Shown here one piece after another: positions 1 through 9,176 of a stretch of 43,409 nt of DNA. A model generated the notes under the pieces. That model had not been told where the DNA came from and made no database searches. It saw only the letters and a program-made list of their open reading frames with translations. How positions within the stretch are numbered: position 1 is the first letter of the stretch; each line of letters opens with the position of its first letter. Source of the DNA: Thiobacillus sp. (GTDB lineage Bacteria; Pseudomonadota; Gammaproteobacteria; Burkholderiales; Thiobacillaceae); contig JBFHQA010000001.1 in NCBI GenBank assembly GCA_041592455.1, positions 1 to 43,409 on the forward strand, given 5' to 3'. The position numbers and the translations under genes are program-made.

Positions 1-387
1 GCTCATCAGCGCCTTGACGCGGTCGCCGGGGTAGGTGTCCAGCCACAGCTCGCGCAGGGTGGCTTGCCAGTCGAGGGCCTTGTGCGTGGAGAGGTGCCAG
101 AGCGGAACCTGCCTGAACAGATCGGCCGTCGCGTCGTCGGCGCTGGCGTAGCCGGACTTGCGCCACTCGTTGGGGTTGCGTCGATAGAGCTTGAGCGTCA
201 GCGTCCGGAGGATGGCGATGACTTCCTTCTGGTGGATTTCGATGACGTCGTCGACGTCGCCCTTGGCCAGGTCCCTGACGCTGAAATTGCGAACGCTGCT
301 GGTGCCGTCCTTGCGCTGGATGGGGCCGCTGCAGGCGGGAAGGAGCGCGAGGCTCAGGCTGGCAAGGAGGGCGGCTCGTCGATTCAC
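1..387 (-). CDS. Putative lipoprotein, 3' end outside the window
   Basis: Not in the ORF track (no stop in window). Manual translation from GTG 387: [28 protein letters not shown]...; basic N-terminus, hydrophobic stretch and lipobox-like LPAC. The GTG overlaps the selO TGA (GTGA), implying translational coupling. Confidence 0.75.
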   Translation of the reverse strand, partial: MNRRAALLASLSLALLPACSGPIQRKDGTSSVRNFSVRDLAKGDVDDVIEIHQKEVIAILRTLTLKLYRRNPNEWRKSGYASADDATADLFRQVPLWHLSTHKALDWQATLRELWLDTYPGDRVKALMS

Positions 388-1730
388 GACGAACAGCTTA
401 CCTCAATCTGCTTCGCCCAGTCAGGGGGCTCGGCGGCGTAGGCTTCGTGTTCGGGCTGCTCGTCGAACGGGCGCAGCAGCAGGGTGTGCAGGCGCTGGAT
501 CTCGCTGTAGTCGCGATGGTCGGCGGCACGGCGGATGGCGGTTTCGGCGAGGTGATTGCGCAGGATGTACTTGGGATTGACCGCGCGCATGGCGCCCTGG
601 CGCGAGGCATCGTCCGAGCCCGCGGCGCGCAGCGCGTCGCCGTAGCGTGCGGCCCAGGCGTCGAACGCGGCGCGGTCGAGGAAGAGGTCGCGCAGCGGTG
701 CGTTCACTGCACCTGCCGCGCTGTCGAAATCACACAGCCGGCGCAGGAAGATCGTGTAGTCGACGCGGTTCTGCGCCAGCAGTTGCAGGGCGTCCATCAA
801 CAGCGGCACGAAGGTCTGCGCCAGCCTGGTGAGGTTCCAGGCGGCGACGTCGGGCTGCTGGTCGAAGGCGTAGCGCCCGCCGGTGTCGGAGTGGTTGCAG
901 ATGAAGCCGGGGTCGAAGGCGTCGAGGAAGCCGAAGGGGCCGTAGTCGAGCGTGAGGCCGAGGATCGACATGTTGTCGGTGTTCATCACGCCGTGCGAGA
1001 AACCGACGGCCTGCCACTGCGCCATCAACTCGGCGGTGCGGCGCGTGACCTCGCGCAGCAGGTCGGCGTAGGGCTCGGCACGTGCGGCCAGTTCCGGGTA
1101 ATAGCGCGCGATGACGTAGTCGGCCAGATGGCGGATCGAGTCGATCTGGTTGCGGTAGTAGAACACCTCGAACGAGCCGAAGCGGACGAAGCTCGGCGCC
1201 AGACGGGTGACCAGCGCGGCGGTTTCTTCGTCTTCGCGATACACGGGATGATCGCTGCCGACGATGCAGAGCGCGCGCGTGGTGGGGATGCCGAGCGCGT
1301 GCATGGCCTCGGAACACAAAAACTCGCGGATGCTCGATCGCAGCACGGCTCGGCCGTCGCCGCCGCGCGAGTAGGGCGTGCGGCCGGCGCCCTTCAACTG
1401 CACCTCCCAGCCTTCGCCTGCGGCGTTCTTCACTTCACCCAGCAGGATCGCGCGGCCGTCGCCCAGCTGCGGCACGTAGTTGCCGAACTGGTGGCCCGCA
1501 TACAGCGCGGCAAGGGCGTCCATGCCGGGCAGCAGCCGGTTGCCGGCCAGGGTCTCGATCAGGTCGGGACGTGTGATCTCGTTGTCGTCGAGGTCGAGCA
1601 GCTTGAGTGCCTCGGGGCTGTGGCAGACCAGGTAGGGGTCGGGCACCGGGGTGGGGCAGACGCGCGAATAATAGGATTCGGGCAGGCGGGCAAAGCCGTT
1701 GTCGAAGGTGAGCGATTCAAGTTTGGGCAT
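384..1730 (-). CDS. selO: Protein adenylyltransferase SelO (YdiU/UPF0061), probably with an internal in-frame deletion
   Basis: Motifs [52 protein letters not shown] and C-terminal SCSS. Confidence 0.95.
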   Translation of the reverse strand: MPKLESLTFDNGFARLPESYYSRVCPTPVPDPYLVCHSPEALKLLDLDDNEITRPDLIETLAGNRLLPGMDALAALYAGHQFGNYVPQLGDGRAILLGEVKNAAGEGWEVQLKGAGRTPYSRGGDGRAVLRSSIREFLCSEAMHALGIPTTRALCIVGSDHPVYREDEETAALVTRLAPSFVRFGSFEVFYYRNQIDSIRHLADYVIARYYPELAARAEPYADLLREVTRRTAELMAQWQAVGFSHGVMNTDNMSILGLTLDYGPFGFLDAFDPGFICNHSDTGGRYAFDQQPDVAAWNLTRLAQTFVPLLMDALQLLAQNRVDYTIFLRRLCDFDSAAGAVNAPLRDLFLDRAAFDAWAARYGDALRAAGSDDASRQGAMRAVNPKYILRNHLAETAIRRAADHRDYSEIQRLHTLLLRPFDEQPEHEAYAAEPPDWAKQIEVSCSS

Positions 1731-1918
1731 GCCGAAATTTTAAATCCTGTGCGGAACAGGGCGACCCGGTGACGATTATGGGTATCGCTTGAGTGCGGGG
1801 TGTCTTCAAAACCATGATGCTCTTATGGTTCAGGTGGGAGGGAGCCTGCCGATAGAACCTATATCAGTGTCCCCAGGTGGGCTTGTTACATACTCCAGCG
1901 CAAGGAGACCTTCTCTTC

Positions 1919-3292
1919 ATGAGTCCGCTCGATTGCCAACCCTCCCCGGAGGTCCGGGAGCTTACGCTTTCTTCCATCATCGGTTCGCTGAGTTATGCGC
2001 TGGACCTGACCGAGGGCTTGCCGGCTGGGCACAGCCTGCGCTGCTGCTGGGTGGGCATGCATGTGGGACAGCAGATGGGAATGGATAACGAAGCCTTGTC
2101 CCATCTCTATTACACGCTGCTGCTCAAGGATGCGGGCTGCAGCAGTAACGCGGCCCGGCTGTTCGAACTGTATGGCACCGACGATCGGGAAGTGAAGCGC
2201 GATTTCAAACTGGTGGATACCGATAGCGTCATACGACTGAGCCGGTTTGTACTGTCGCACACGGGAGTTGGAAAGTCCTTGCACGAGCGTGTCAGTCGCA
2301 TTCTCAATCTGGCCCAGAACGGAGAGCAATTTGCCACCGAACTGATCACGACGCGCTGCGAACGTGGTGCAAATATTGCCTTGCAACTCGGCTTCGACGA
2401 AGAGGTGGCCTCCGGCATACGCTGTCTCGACGAACACTGGAACGGACGCGGCAAGCCTGCACGCCTGAGCGGGATGGCCATTCCCGTATCTTCTCGCATC
2501 GCGCTATTGTCGCAGGTGGTGGATGTGTTCCATGCGGCTGAAGGCCGGGAGCACGTTATGGATGAGGTGGCCAATCGATCAGGCAGCTGGTTCGACCCCA
2601 GGGTGGTCGAAGCGTTCCTGGAGGCACAGAGGCAGCCAGGCTTCTGGGAAGGTCTGAGCGATTGCGACCTGCAGCAGCGTATCGAGCGGATCGAGCCGGC
2701 TTCCAAGGTTGTGCACATCGATGAGCAACGGCTGGACACCATCGCCGAGGCCTTTGCCCAGGTGGTCGACGCGAAGAGCCACTACACCTATGGCCACAGC
2801 GCCCGGGTGGCAACCTATACGGAAGCTGTTGCAACCACGCTCGGCCTTCCGCAGGAACGGGTGCGCTGGCTGCGGCGGGGGGCATTGCTGCACGACATAG
2901 GCAAGCTCGGCGTCAGCAACGGCGTGCTGGACAAGCCGGGAAGACTCGACGAGTCGGAATGGGAACAGGTCAAGGCGCATGCTGCTTTTTCGGAACAGAT
3001 CCTGTCGCGGCTCAGCATCTTCACCGAACTGGCCTTCGTCTCTGCCGCGCATCACGAGCGGCTCGACGGCAAAGGTTATCCGCGAGGTCTGGCTGCGGAG
3101 CAGATTCCTCTTGAAACCCGCATCATCACGGTGGCCGATATTTTCGATGCCATTACGGCCGAACGACCCTACCGTGGGGCGATACCGGTCAACGATGCCA
3201 TCGGCATGATGGAGAAAGAACGTGGTGCAGCCATCGACAGCGACTGCCTGGATGCCCTTAAGCAGGCGTTGCCGCAGCTTGGATTCGAATGA
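1919..3292 (+). CDS. Tandem HD-GYP domain cyclic-dinucleotide phosphodiesterase
   Basis: C-terminal LLHDIGK and HHERLDGKGYP; N-terminal copy degenerate (LLKDAG, EHWNGRGKP). ATG 1919 follows an AAGGAG ribosome-binding site. Confidence 0.9.
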   Translation: MSPLDCQPSPEVRELTLSSIIGSLSYALDLTEGLPAGHSLRCCWVGMHVGQQMGMDNEALSHLYYTLLLKDAGCSSNAARLFELYGTDDREVKRDFKLVDTDSVIRLSRFVLSHTGVGKSLHERVSRILNLAQNGEQFATELITTRCERGANIALQLGFDEEVASGIRCLDEHWNGRGKPARLSGMAIPVSSRIALLSQVVDVFHAAEGREHVMDEVANRSGSWFDPRVVEAFLEAQRQPGFWEGLSDCDLQQRIERIEPASKVVHIDEQRLDTIAEAFAQVVDAKSHYTYGHSARVATYTEAVATTLGLPQERVRWLRRGALLHDIGKLGVSNGVLDKPGRLDESEWEQVKAHAAFSEQILSRLSIFTELAFVSAAHHERLDGKGYPRGLAAEQIPLETRIITVADIFDAITAERPYRGAIPVNDAIGMMEKERGAAIDSDCLDALKQALPQLGFE

Positions 3293-3886
3293 TCACTCGC
3301 CAGACAGCGGCTTGCGGATGCGTTCAGGCGCGGGTGCCTGGCAGTGTCCGAGTGCGATGACGAGTGCCGGGGTTTCGCCAGGCGGCAGGTCGAGCGCATG
3401 CGCGAGCGCGGCCGGATCGAAGCCGCCGATCGGGCAGCTGGAGAGGCCCATCGAGGCAGCCTGCAGCAGGATGTGCGCCGCCGCAAAATTGCATTGGCCT
3501 TGCGACCAGGCGGCAATCGTTTCCGGGTCGTACATGCCGCGATAGGCTTCGTAGATAGGCGCAGTATCGCCGCCGCGTGCCTCGGCCGCAAAGCGCGCGC
3601 GGACATAGTCCGAATCCGGATCGAGAGCGTCGACCAGCGCGACGATGGCGATGAAGGCGGCGGCCGTATGGGCCACGGGCTGGTCGAAGCAGGCGCGGGC
3701 GAGGGCGGCTTTCCTGGCCGGGTCGGTCACGACCACGAAGCGCCAGGGTTCGAGCCCGAAGGCCGAGGGTGCCAGACGGCCGGCTTCCAGCAGTACGTCG
3801 ATTTCTTCCCGTGTGACGGGCTGGCCTGCCGCAAAGTCGCGGCAGGCGTAGCGTTGAACGATGGCGTCGAGCAGGGGGTCGGGCAT
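3293..3886 (-). CDS. Nitroreductase family flavoprotein
   Basis: RYACRDF, APSAFGLEPWRF and GLSSCPIGGFD motifs; AGGAG upstream of ATG 3886. Confidence 0.9.
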   Translation of the reverse strand: MPDPLLDAIVQRYACRDFAAGQPVTREEIDVLLEAGRLAPSAFGLEPWRFVVVTDPARKAALARACFDQPVAHTAAAFIAIVALVDALDPDSDYVRARFAAEARGGDTAPIYEAYRGMYDPETIAAWSQGQCNFAAAHILLQAASMGLSSCPIGGFDPAALAHALDLPPGETPALVIALGHCQAPAPERIRKPLSGE

Positions 3887-3950
3887 AGGGCATCTCCTGG
3901 TAGTAGGGGAATTCAACACCTTTCCACCATAGCGCATGGCGCCTGCCGGT

Positions 3951-4808
3951 TCAGCGTCCGCTCATCGCGGCACGGGTGCGCACCAGCGTGCCGTCGCGGT
4001 AGTCGGCCATGGCCTGCTCGATCTCTTCGCGGGTGTTCATGACGAAGGGACCGTACTGCACCACGGGCTCGCCTATCGGCTTGCCGGCCACGAGGATGAA
4101 GCGGGCACCGTCCGGTCCGGCCTCGACTTCCACCGCGTCGCCCGGGCGCAGCACCGCCAGCGTGTGTTTGGCCAGCGGCTCGCCTGCGAGGGTGGCGCCG
4201 CCCTCGAAGACATAGACAAAGGCATTATGCGTAGCCCCCACGGGAAGGCCGATCCGGCCGTGGGCGGGCAGGGCGACGTCGAGATACAGCACGTCGGTGG
4301 ACGGGTCGTTGATCACGCCGCGCGTGCCCTGGTATTCGCCGGCCAGCACGCGCACCCGTGTGCCGTCATTCTTCACCTCGGGTATCGCCGTGCTGGAAAA
4401 CTCCTGGTAGGCGGGGTCGGACATCTTCTCGCTCGCGGGCAGGTTGATCCAGAGCTGGAAGCCGCGCATCAGTCCGTTGTCCTGGCGCGGCATCTCGGAA
4501 TGGATCACGCCGCTGGCCGCCTTCATCCATTGCACGCCGCCGGGGTTCAATTCGCCGCGGTTGCCCATGCTGTCGCGGTGCTCCATGTGGCCGTCGAGCA
4601 TGTAGGTGAAGGTGATGAAGCCGCGGTGCGGATGGTCGGGAAACCCGGCGATGTACTCGTCCGGGTTGTCGCTGCCGAAGTGGTCCAGCATCAGGAACGG
4701 GTCGAGGTTGCGCAAGGCCGGCGTGCCGATGCTGCGATGGACGGTGACGCCCGCGCCTTCGGTCACCTCGTAGGCGGGAACGCGTTGCTGGATGGTGCGT
4801 GGGGTCAT
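3951..4808 (-). CDS. Pirin family bicupin protein
   Basis: DPFLMLDHF, FPDHPHRG, HSEMP, QLWINLP and GPFVMNT. The real start is ATG 4808 (AAGGAG upstream); the N-terminal half of the 608-aa track ORF is an off-frame overlap with azoR. Confidence 0.92.
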   Translation of the reverse strand: MTPRTIQQRVPAYEVTEGAGVTVHRSIGTPALRNLDPFLMLDHFGSDNPDEYIAGFPDHPHRGFITFTYMLDGHMEHRDSMGNRGELNPGGVQWMKAASGVIHSEMPRQDNGLMRGFQLWINLPASEKMSDPAYQEFSSTAIPEVKNDGTRVRVLAGEYQGTRGVINDPSTDVLYLDVALPAHGRIGLPVGATHNAFVYVFEGGATLAGEPLAKHTLAVLRPGDAVEVEAGPDGARFILVAGKPIGEPVVQYGPFVMNTREEIEQAMADYRDGTLVRTRAAMSGR

Positions 4809-4849
4809 GTCAGGCTCCTTTCTGTGTATAAGGGCATTCGCGAACGGGT

Positions 4850-5494
4850 TCATGCAACTTCGAGCGCCGGCCAGTCGCGTGCCAGGATGTCGTCGATGCG
4901 GGCTTCCGCATGGCGTCGGGCATCGTCTCCGCGCATCATGCCGCGGTCGGCAGCGATAACCTCGACGTCGGTGATGCCGAGAAAACCCAGCACGAACCTG
5001 AGCCACGGCGTGGCGAAGTCGATGGCGCTGCCGACTTCGGTGCCGCCGCTGGCCGTCAGAATATAGACCTTCTTGCCGTTCAATAATCCCTGCGGACCCC
5101 GCTCGGTGTAGCGGAAGGTGAGGCGGGCGCGCGCGACCTGGTCGATCCAGGCCTTGAGGCTGGCCGGCACGCCGAAGTTGTAGATGGGGGTGGCGATCAC
5201 CCACACGTCGGCCGCCATCACCTCGGCGACCAGCGCGTCCGATCCGGCCAGTGCCTGGCGCTGTGCCGCGCTGCGCGCATCGGGGTCGGTCAGGTTGGCG
5301 TCGACCCAGGCGGCGTCCACATAGGGCAGGCCTTGCGCGACGTCGCGCTGGATGACGGACACGTTGTCCTGGCTGGCAGCCAGGCCGTCGACCAGGCGGT
5401 CGGCGAGTTGTCGGGTCATCGAACCCTCGACTCGGGCGCTTGCGTCGACGCGCAGGATGCGCAGGGGCTTGAGGGGGGTGGTGGGCGTTTGCAT
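4850..5494 (-). CDS. azoR: FMN-dependent NADH-azoreductase / quinone reductase (flavodoxin-like fold)
   Basis: ILRVDASAR..S, PIYNFGVPASLKAWID, TFRYTERGPQGLL, TASGG. Confidence 0.88.
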   Translation of the reverse strand: MQTPTTPLKPLRILRVDASARVEGSMTRQLADRLVDGLAASQDNVSVIQRDVAQGLPYVDAAWVDANLTDPDARSAAQRQALAGSDALVAEVMAADVWVIATPIYNFGVPASLKAWIDQVARARLTFRYTERGPQGLLNGKKVYILTASGGTEVGSAIDFATPWLRFVLGFLGITDVEVIAADRGMMRGDDARRHAEARIDDILARDWPALEVA

Positions 5495-5588
5495 CACGGA
5501 TTCTCCTGGGTGAATGGGGCCGGTCTGGCACCGTGATGCTATTGTTGTTGTTGCAATAAAATGGATAAAGATAAACTGAAGGAATTAA

Positions 5589-5609
5589 TTGTTCTTGAAT
5601 GGAGAACAA
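5589..5609. promoter_or_regulatory. Putative LysR operator (inverted repeat TTGTTC-N9-GAACAA)
   Basis: Perfect 6-bp dyad in the AT-rich divergent azoR/lysR spacer, immediately before the lysR ATG. Confidence 0.55.
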
Positions 5610-6527
5610 ATGGACACGCTTGCCCAGATGCAGATCTTTTCGGCCATCGTCGAGGCGGGCAGCATCAGCGGCGCCGCCGACCGGCTGGGGCTGGCCAAAT
5701 CCGCCGTCAGCCGGCGCCTGGCCGAACTCGAGGCGCGGCTCGGCGCCACGCTGATCCAGCGCACCACGCGCCGCCACAGCCTGACCGACAGCGGCCGCAG
5801 CTACTACGAACGCTGCGTCGCCATCCTCGCCGATGTGGAAGAGGCCGAGGCGTCCGTGTCGCAGGAACAGGGCGCGCTCAAGGGCCGGATCAAGCTCGCG
5901 CTGCCGTTGTCATTCGGCCTGCTGCACCTGGCCCCGCTGATCCAGGCTTTCATGACGCGCAATCCCGAGGTTACGTTCGAACTCGACTTCAACGACCGCC
6001 AGATCGACCTGATGCAGGAAGGCTTCGACCTCGCGATCCGCATCGCCAAGCTGGAAGACTCGAGCCTGATCGCACGGCGCCTGGTGCCGATCCGACATCT
6101 GGTGTGCGCGAGTCCGGGCTATCTGAAAAAGCATGGCACGCCCCGGACCGCAACAGAGCTCAAGAACCATGTCTGTCTGGCCTACAGCAACGTGCGGGAC
6201 CCGGGCGTGTGGGACTACCGTGGACCGGACGGCCAGCCGGGGCGCGAGCGCGTGCCCGTGCGCCTGGCCTCAAGCAGCGGCGAATTCAACCTGCGCGCGG
6301 CCATCGCGGATGAAGGTCTGGTGCTCATCCCCAGCTTCTTTTGTCATGAGGCCCTGAGAACAGGGCAGTTGCAAACTGTGCTCGACGATCATACGTGGCC
6401 TGAACTGTCAGCCTACGCGGTCTATCCACCCACCCGGCATCTGACGCACCGGGTGCGGACGCTGATTGATTTTCTGGCGGATGCGCTGTCGGGAGAACCG
6501 TATTGGGAGAGAACGGAATCGCGATAG
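5610..6527 (+). CDS. LysR family transcriptional regulator (CrgA/DmlR-like)
   Basis: N-terminal HTH (GSISGAADRLGLAKSAVSRRLAELEARLG..LIQRTTR) and DLMQEGFDLAIR; divergent from azoR. Confidence 0.95.
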   Translation: MDTLAQMQIFSAIVEAGSISGAADRLGLAKSAVSRRLAELEARLGATLIQRTTRRHSLTDSGRSYYERCVAILADVEEAEASVSQEQGALKGRIKLALPLSFGLLHLAPLIQAFMTRNPEVTFELDFNDRQIDLMQEGFDLAIRIAKLEDSSLIARRLVPIRHLVCASPGYLKKHGTPRTATELKNHVCLAYSNVRDPGVWDYRGPDGQPGRERVPVRLASSSGEFNLRAAIADEGLVLIPSFFCHEALRTGQLQTVLDDHTWPELSAYAVYPPTRHLTHRVRTLIDFLADALSGEPYWERTESR

Positions 6528-6676
6528 AAAAAACGATTCTGCTGGGCGTGTCACACTTCGATGCGGACTTCCAGGCCGATCAATCAACATGGTCAACCCT
6601 TCGACGATGTGGGCTTACAAATATATATCGCTGAGTTGTTGATTAGACTGGAAGTGACTCATGCCGAATGCACCCA

Positions 6677-7549
6677 ATGCTAAGACTCAAATTCTCGATT
6701 GAACTGAATTACGATATCGACCCGCCCGGCTGTGACTTTGTGTTCAGCATCCATGCTGCGCAAACCCAACATCAGGCCGTGGTGACCGAATCGCTGAATG
6801 TCAGCCAGAGTCTGCCGTCCAACGTGTACACAGACCCGATGACGCACACGCGCTTCCTGCGATTGAAGGCGTTTGCGGGGCCACTATCGCTGCGTTACCT
6901 TGCCACGGTGGACCTGGACCACCATATCGCGCAGCCGCAGCAGCTGGAAGAGGTGGCGGTGGCCAACCTGCCTGGGGCCGTGCTGCCCTACATCTATCCC
7001 AGCCGGTATTGTCAGTCTGATCGGCTGCAACGGCTCGCGGTCAAGGAGTTTGGCCATTTGTGGCAAGGCTACAGCCGCGTGCAGGCGATTCGCGACTGGG
7101 TGATGAATCGCGTGACTTTTCTCTCGAACTCCTCCAGCGGCAACACGAGCGCTGTTGATACTCTGGTGGAAGAAGTCGGCGTCTGCCGCGACTTTGCTCA
7201 TCTGATGATCGCTTTGTGCCGCGCGGTCAACATCCCGGCCCGATTTGTTGCCGGCATCGACTATGGTTCAGACCCGGCTCTCGGGCCGACCGATTTTCAT
7301 GCCTATGTCGAGGTGTATCTGGGGGACCGCTGGTATATCTTCGATCCTTCGGGCGTTGCCGTTCCGATGGGATTTGTGCGCTTTGGCACCGGACGTGATG
7401 CGGCCGACACGGCGATTGCCACCATTTTTGGGGGAGTGCGCGGCTCAGCCCCGATCATGCAAATCGAAGCAATACCCAATGCACAGGGGATATTGATCAT
7501 GCCCCGGCATGTGCCGTATGCGTTGTCAACCGACCAGCCAATTGAGTGA
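6677..7549 (+). CDS. Transglutaminase-like cysteine protease family protein
   Basis: PSRYCQSD and the Cys-His-Asp triad motifs GVCRDFAH / FHAYVEV / FDP; GRDAAD. Alternative start at 6668. Confidence 0.88.
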   Translation: MLRLKFSIELNYDIDPPGCDFVFSIHAAQTQHQAVVTESLNVSQSLPSNVYTDPMTHTRFLRLKAFAGPLSLRYLATVDLDHHIAQPQQLEEVAVANLPGAVLPYIYPSRYCQSDRLQRLAVKEFGHLWQGYSRVQAIRDWVMNRVTFLSNSSSGNTSAVDTLVEEVGVCRDFAHLMIALCRAVNIPARFVAGIDYGSDPALGPTDFHAYVEVYLGDRWYIFDPSGVAVPMGFVRFGTGRDAADTAIATIFGGVRGSAPIMQIEAIPNAQGILIMPRHVPYALSTDQPIE

Positions 7550-7561
7550 AATTCCTGTCGC

Positions 7562-7577
7562 CCCCCGCAAGCGGGGG
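7562..7577. terminator. GC-rich hairpin CCCCCG-CAAG-CGGGGG, possible terminator
   Basis: Perfect 6-bp stem 13 nt after the transglutaminase stop, between convergent genes; no clear U-tract. Confidence 0.4.
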
Positions 7578-7797
7578 CCATTGATTGACCACGCTTCATG
7601 AGCAGAACCCTGGGGCAGCCGTCGTTGAGCAATCATTGCGGAACGCCAGGTGTCGACACGAGATATTTGGCTGAAATGGCCGTATTCAGCATTCCCTGAC
7701 TCCCTGGCTGGCCCGCTCCAGGCCGACAGCAGGCGATCTGCGATGCTGCCAGCGAGTATCGATCGGAATTGCAACAGCCTTGGCTGCGGGACAGGCT

Positions 7798-8769
7798 CTA
7801 CAACCAGCGCTGCCGCCTGAACACGATCAGCAGGATGGTCGCGATGAAACCCATCACGCCCAGCAGAACGAAGTAGCCGGAACGCGACTTGAGCTCGGGC
7901 ATGTTCTCGAAATTCATGCCGTAGATGCCCGCGAGAAAGCCCAGCGGCACGAAGATCGCCGTCACGATGGTGAGAATCTTCATGATGTTGTTGAGGCGGT
8001 GCGAGGCGAGCGACAGATAGCCCTCGATCAGGTCCGACGACACTTCGTAGTACAGGGTGGCGAGCGAGCTTGCCCGCTCCTGGTGCTCGTACACGTCCTT
8101 GATTTCGTGAACACGCTCGGGCCGGACCTGCGGCGGCGGATTGTTCATGAGTTCGAGGAAGACCTGCTGGTGGTAGGCCAGCACGCGGCGGAATTTGCGC
8201 AGGTCGGTCTTGTAGCCCATCAGTTCGGTGAGGATTTCATCCTTGGGGCGGGCGACGATGTCCTGTTCGAGGTCTTCCAGCCGCGGCTCCAGCGACATCA
8301 GCCGCGCGAGCAGTCGGTCGATCGAGGTCCGTGCAATTTTCAGCGCCAGCGAGTCGGGGCCGGCGGCCAACTGCGCGTGATTGTGGAGCGCGCTTTGCCA
8401 CAGCGTTTCGATGCTGTGCGAGGGCGCGGAATGGCGCGTGACCAGGAAGCGGGCGCCGACGAACATCGCGATCTGGATGGTCTCGAATTCGAAGTCCTCG
8501 CGTTCGGGGCCGAGGCCTTTCAGCAGCAGAAAGACGTGGTCGCCGAAGCTCTCGATCTTGGGCTGGTGGCGGTCGCGCTGGGCGTCGTGGATCGCCAGCG
8601 GGTGCAGGCCGAAATATTCGACCATGGTCCGCAGCTCGGTTTCGGGGTCGTTGTCGGAAAAATCGGTCCACAGAATCGTATCGGGTTGCTGTCGCCAGAC
8701 GGTCAACAGATCTTCGTTCCCCGTCGTGACGTCTCCCGTGGCGGGGTGATACAGCATTGTGCGAATCAT
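7798..8769 (-). CDS. corA: Magnesium/cobalt transporter CorA
   Basis: GLHPLAIHD, QPKIE, LNNIMKILT, GIYGMNF signature, MPEL loop and two C-terminal TM helices. Confidence 0.93.
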   Translation of the reverse strand: MIRTMLYHPATGDVTTGNEDLLTVWRQQPDTILWTDFSDNDPETELRTMVEYFGLHPLAIHDAQRDRHQPKIESFGDHVFLLLKGLGPEREDFEFETIQIAMFVGARFLVTRHSAPSHSIETLWQSALHNHAQLAAGPDSLALKIARTSIDRLLARLMSLEPRLEDLEQDIVARPKDEILTELMGYKTDLRKFRRVLAYHQQVFLELMNNPPPQVRPERVHEIKDVYEHQERASSLATLYYEVSSDLIEGYLSLASHRLNNIMKILTIVTAIFVPLGFLAGIYGMNFENMPELKSRSGYFVLLGVMGFIATILLIVFRRQRWL

Positions 8770-9119
8770 GCAGTTCCCTGTGGGTAGGTATGGGGATGAA
8801 GTGGGGCCTTGTTTTGTATCCATATTACAGCTGCCAGACACCCTGGGGCACCGACCCTGGGCATCTGTAGCCTGAGCCCCGACGGCTGTTGCCGGTATCG
8901 CAGTGGATCAAATACCGGGGTGATGCAGCCTGGGTTGAAACGATTGTTGGTCAAGGTATCAGGCCAGCCTTGCTCGTTTGTTGCACTGAGTTCCGCGCGT
9001 CCGAAAAGACTCGTATTTCTCAGAATGGTCATTAACAAAATTATGGACACAATTTTGGATGGAAAAACTGTACTTATTAAAGATGGTAATATCCAACCAA
9101 TCCATGATCTTAATAAGGT

Positions 9120-9147
9120 TTTATCGGATTTTAATTTATCGGATTTT
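9120..9147 (+). repeat. Tandem direct repeat TTTATCGGATTTT x2 (15-bp period) in an AT-rich upstream region
   Basis: Exact 13-bp copies at 9120-9132 and 9135-9147. Confidence 0.8.
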
Positions 9148-9176
9148 GATTGAATTCTGTATTTTTCCTGATCAGC

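Noticed and set aside
384-400. Selenocysteine read-through at the selO TGA
   Set aside because: The Sec-equivalent position is already Cys (SCSS), and the TGA overlaps the next gene's GTG start, so it is an ordinary stop.
1740-1915. c-di-GMP riboswitch upstream of the HD-GYP gene
   Set aside because: Short hairpins and ACAGGGCGACC are present, but the GAAA tetraloop, GACGCAAA and receptor elements of class I are missing and no class II pattern was seen.
5526-5540. Sigma-54 promoter TGGCACCGTGATGCT
   Set aside because: GG-to-GC spacing is one base short of the strict -24/-12 requirement.
3951-5777. 608-aa pirin fusion in the ORF track
   Set aside because: The N-terminal half is an off-frame, low-complexity overlap with azoR and lysR; pirin has its own RBS and ATG at 4808.
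6605-6632. ModE box upstream of the transglutaminase gene
   Set aside because: Only one half-site (TATATATCG) is recognisable and there is no Mo-related context.
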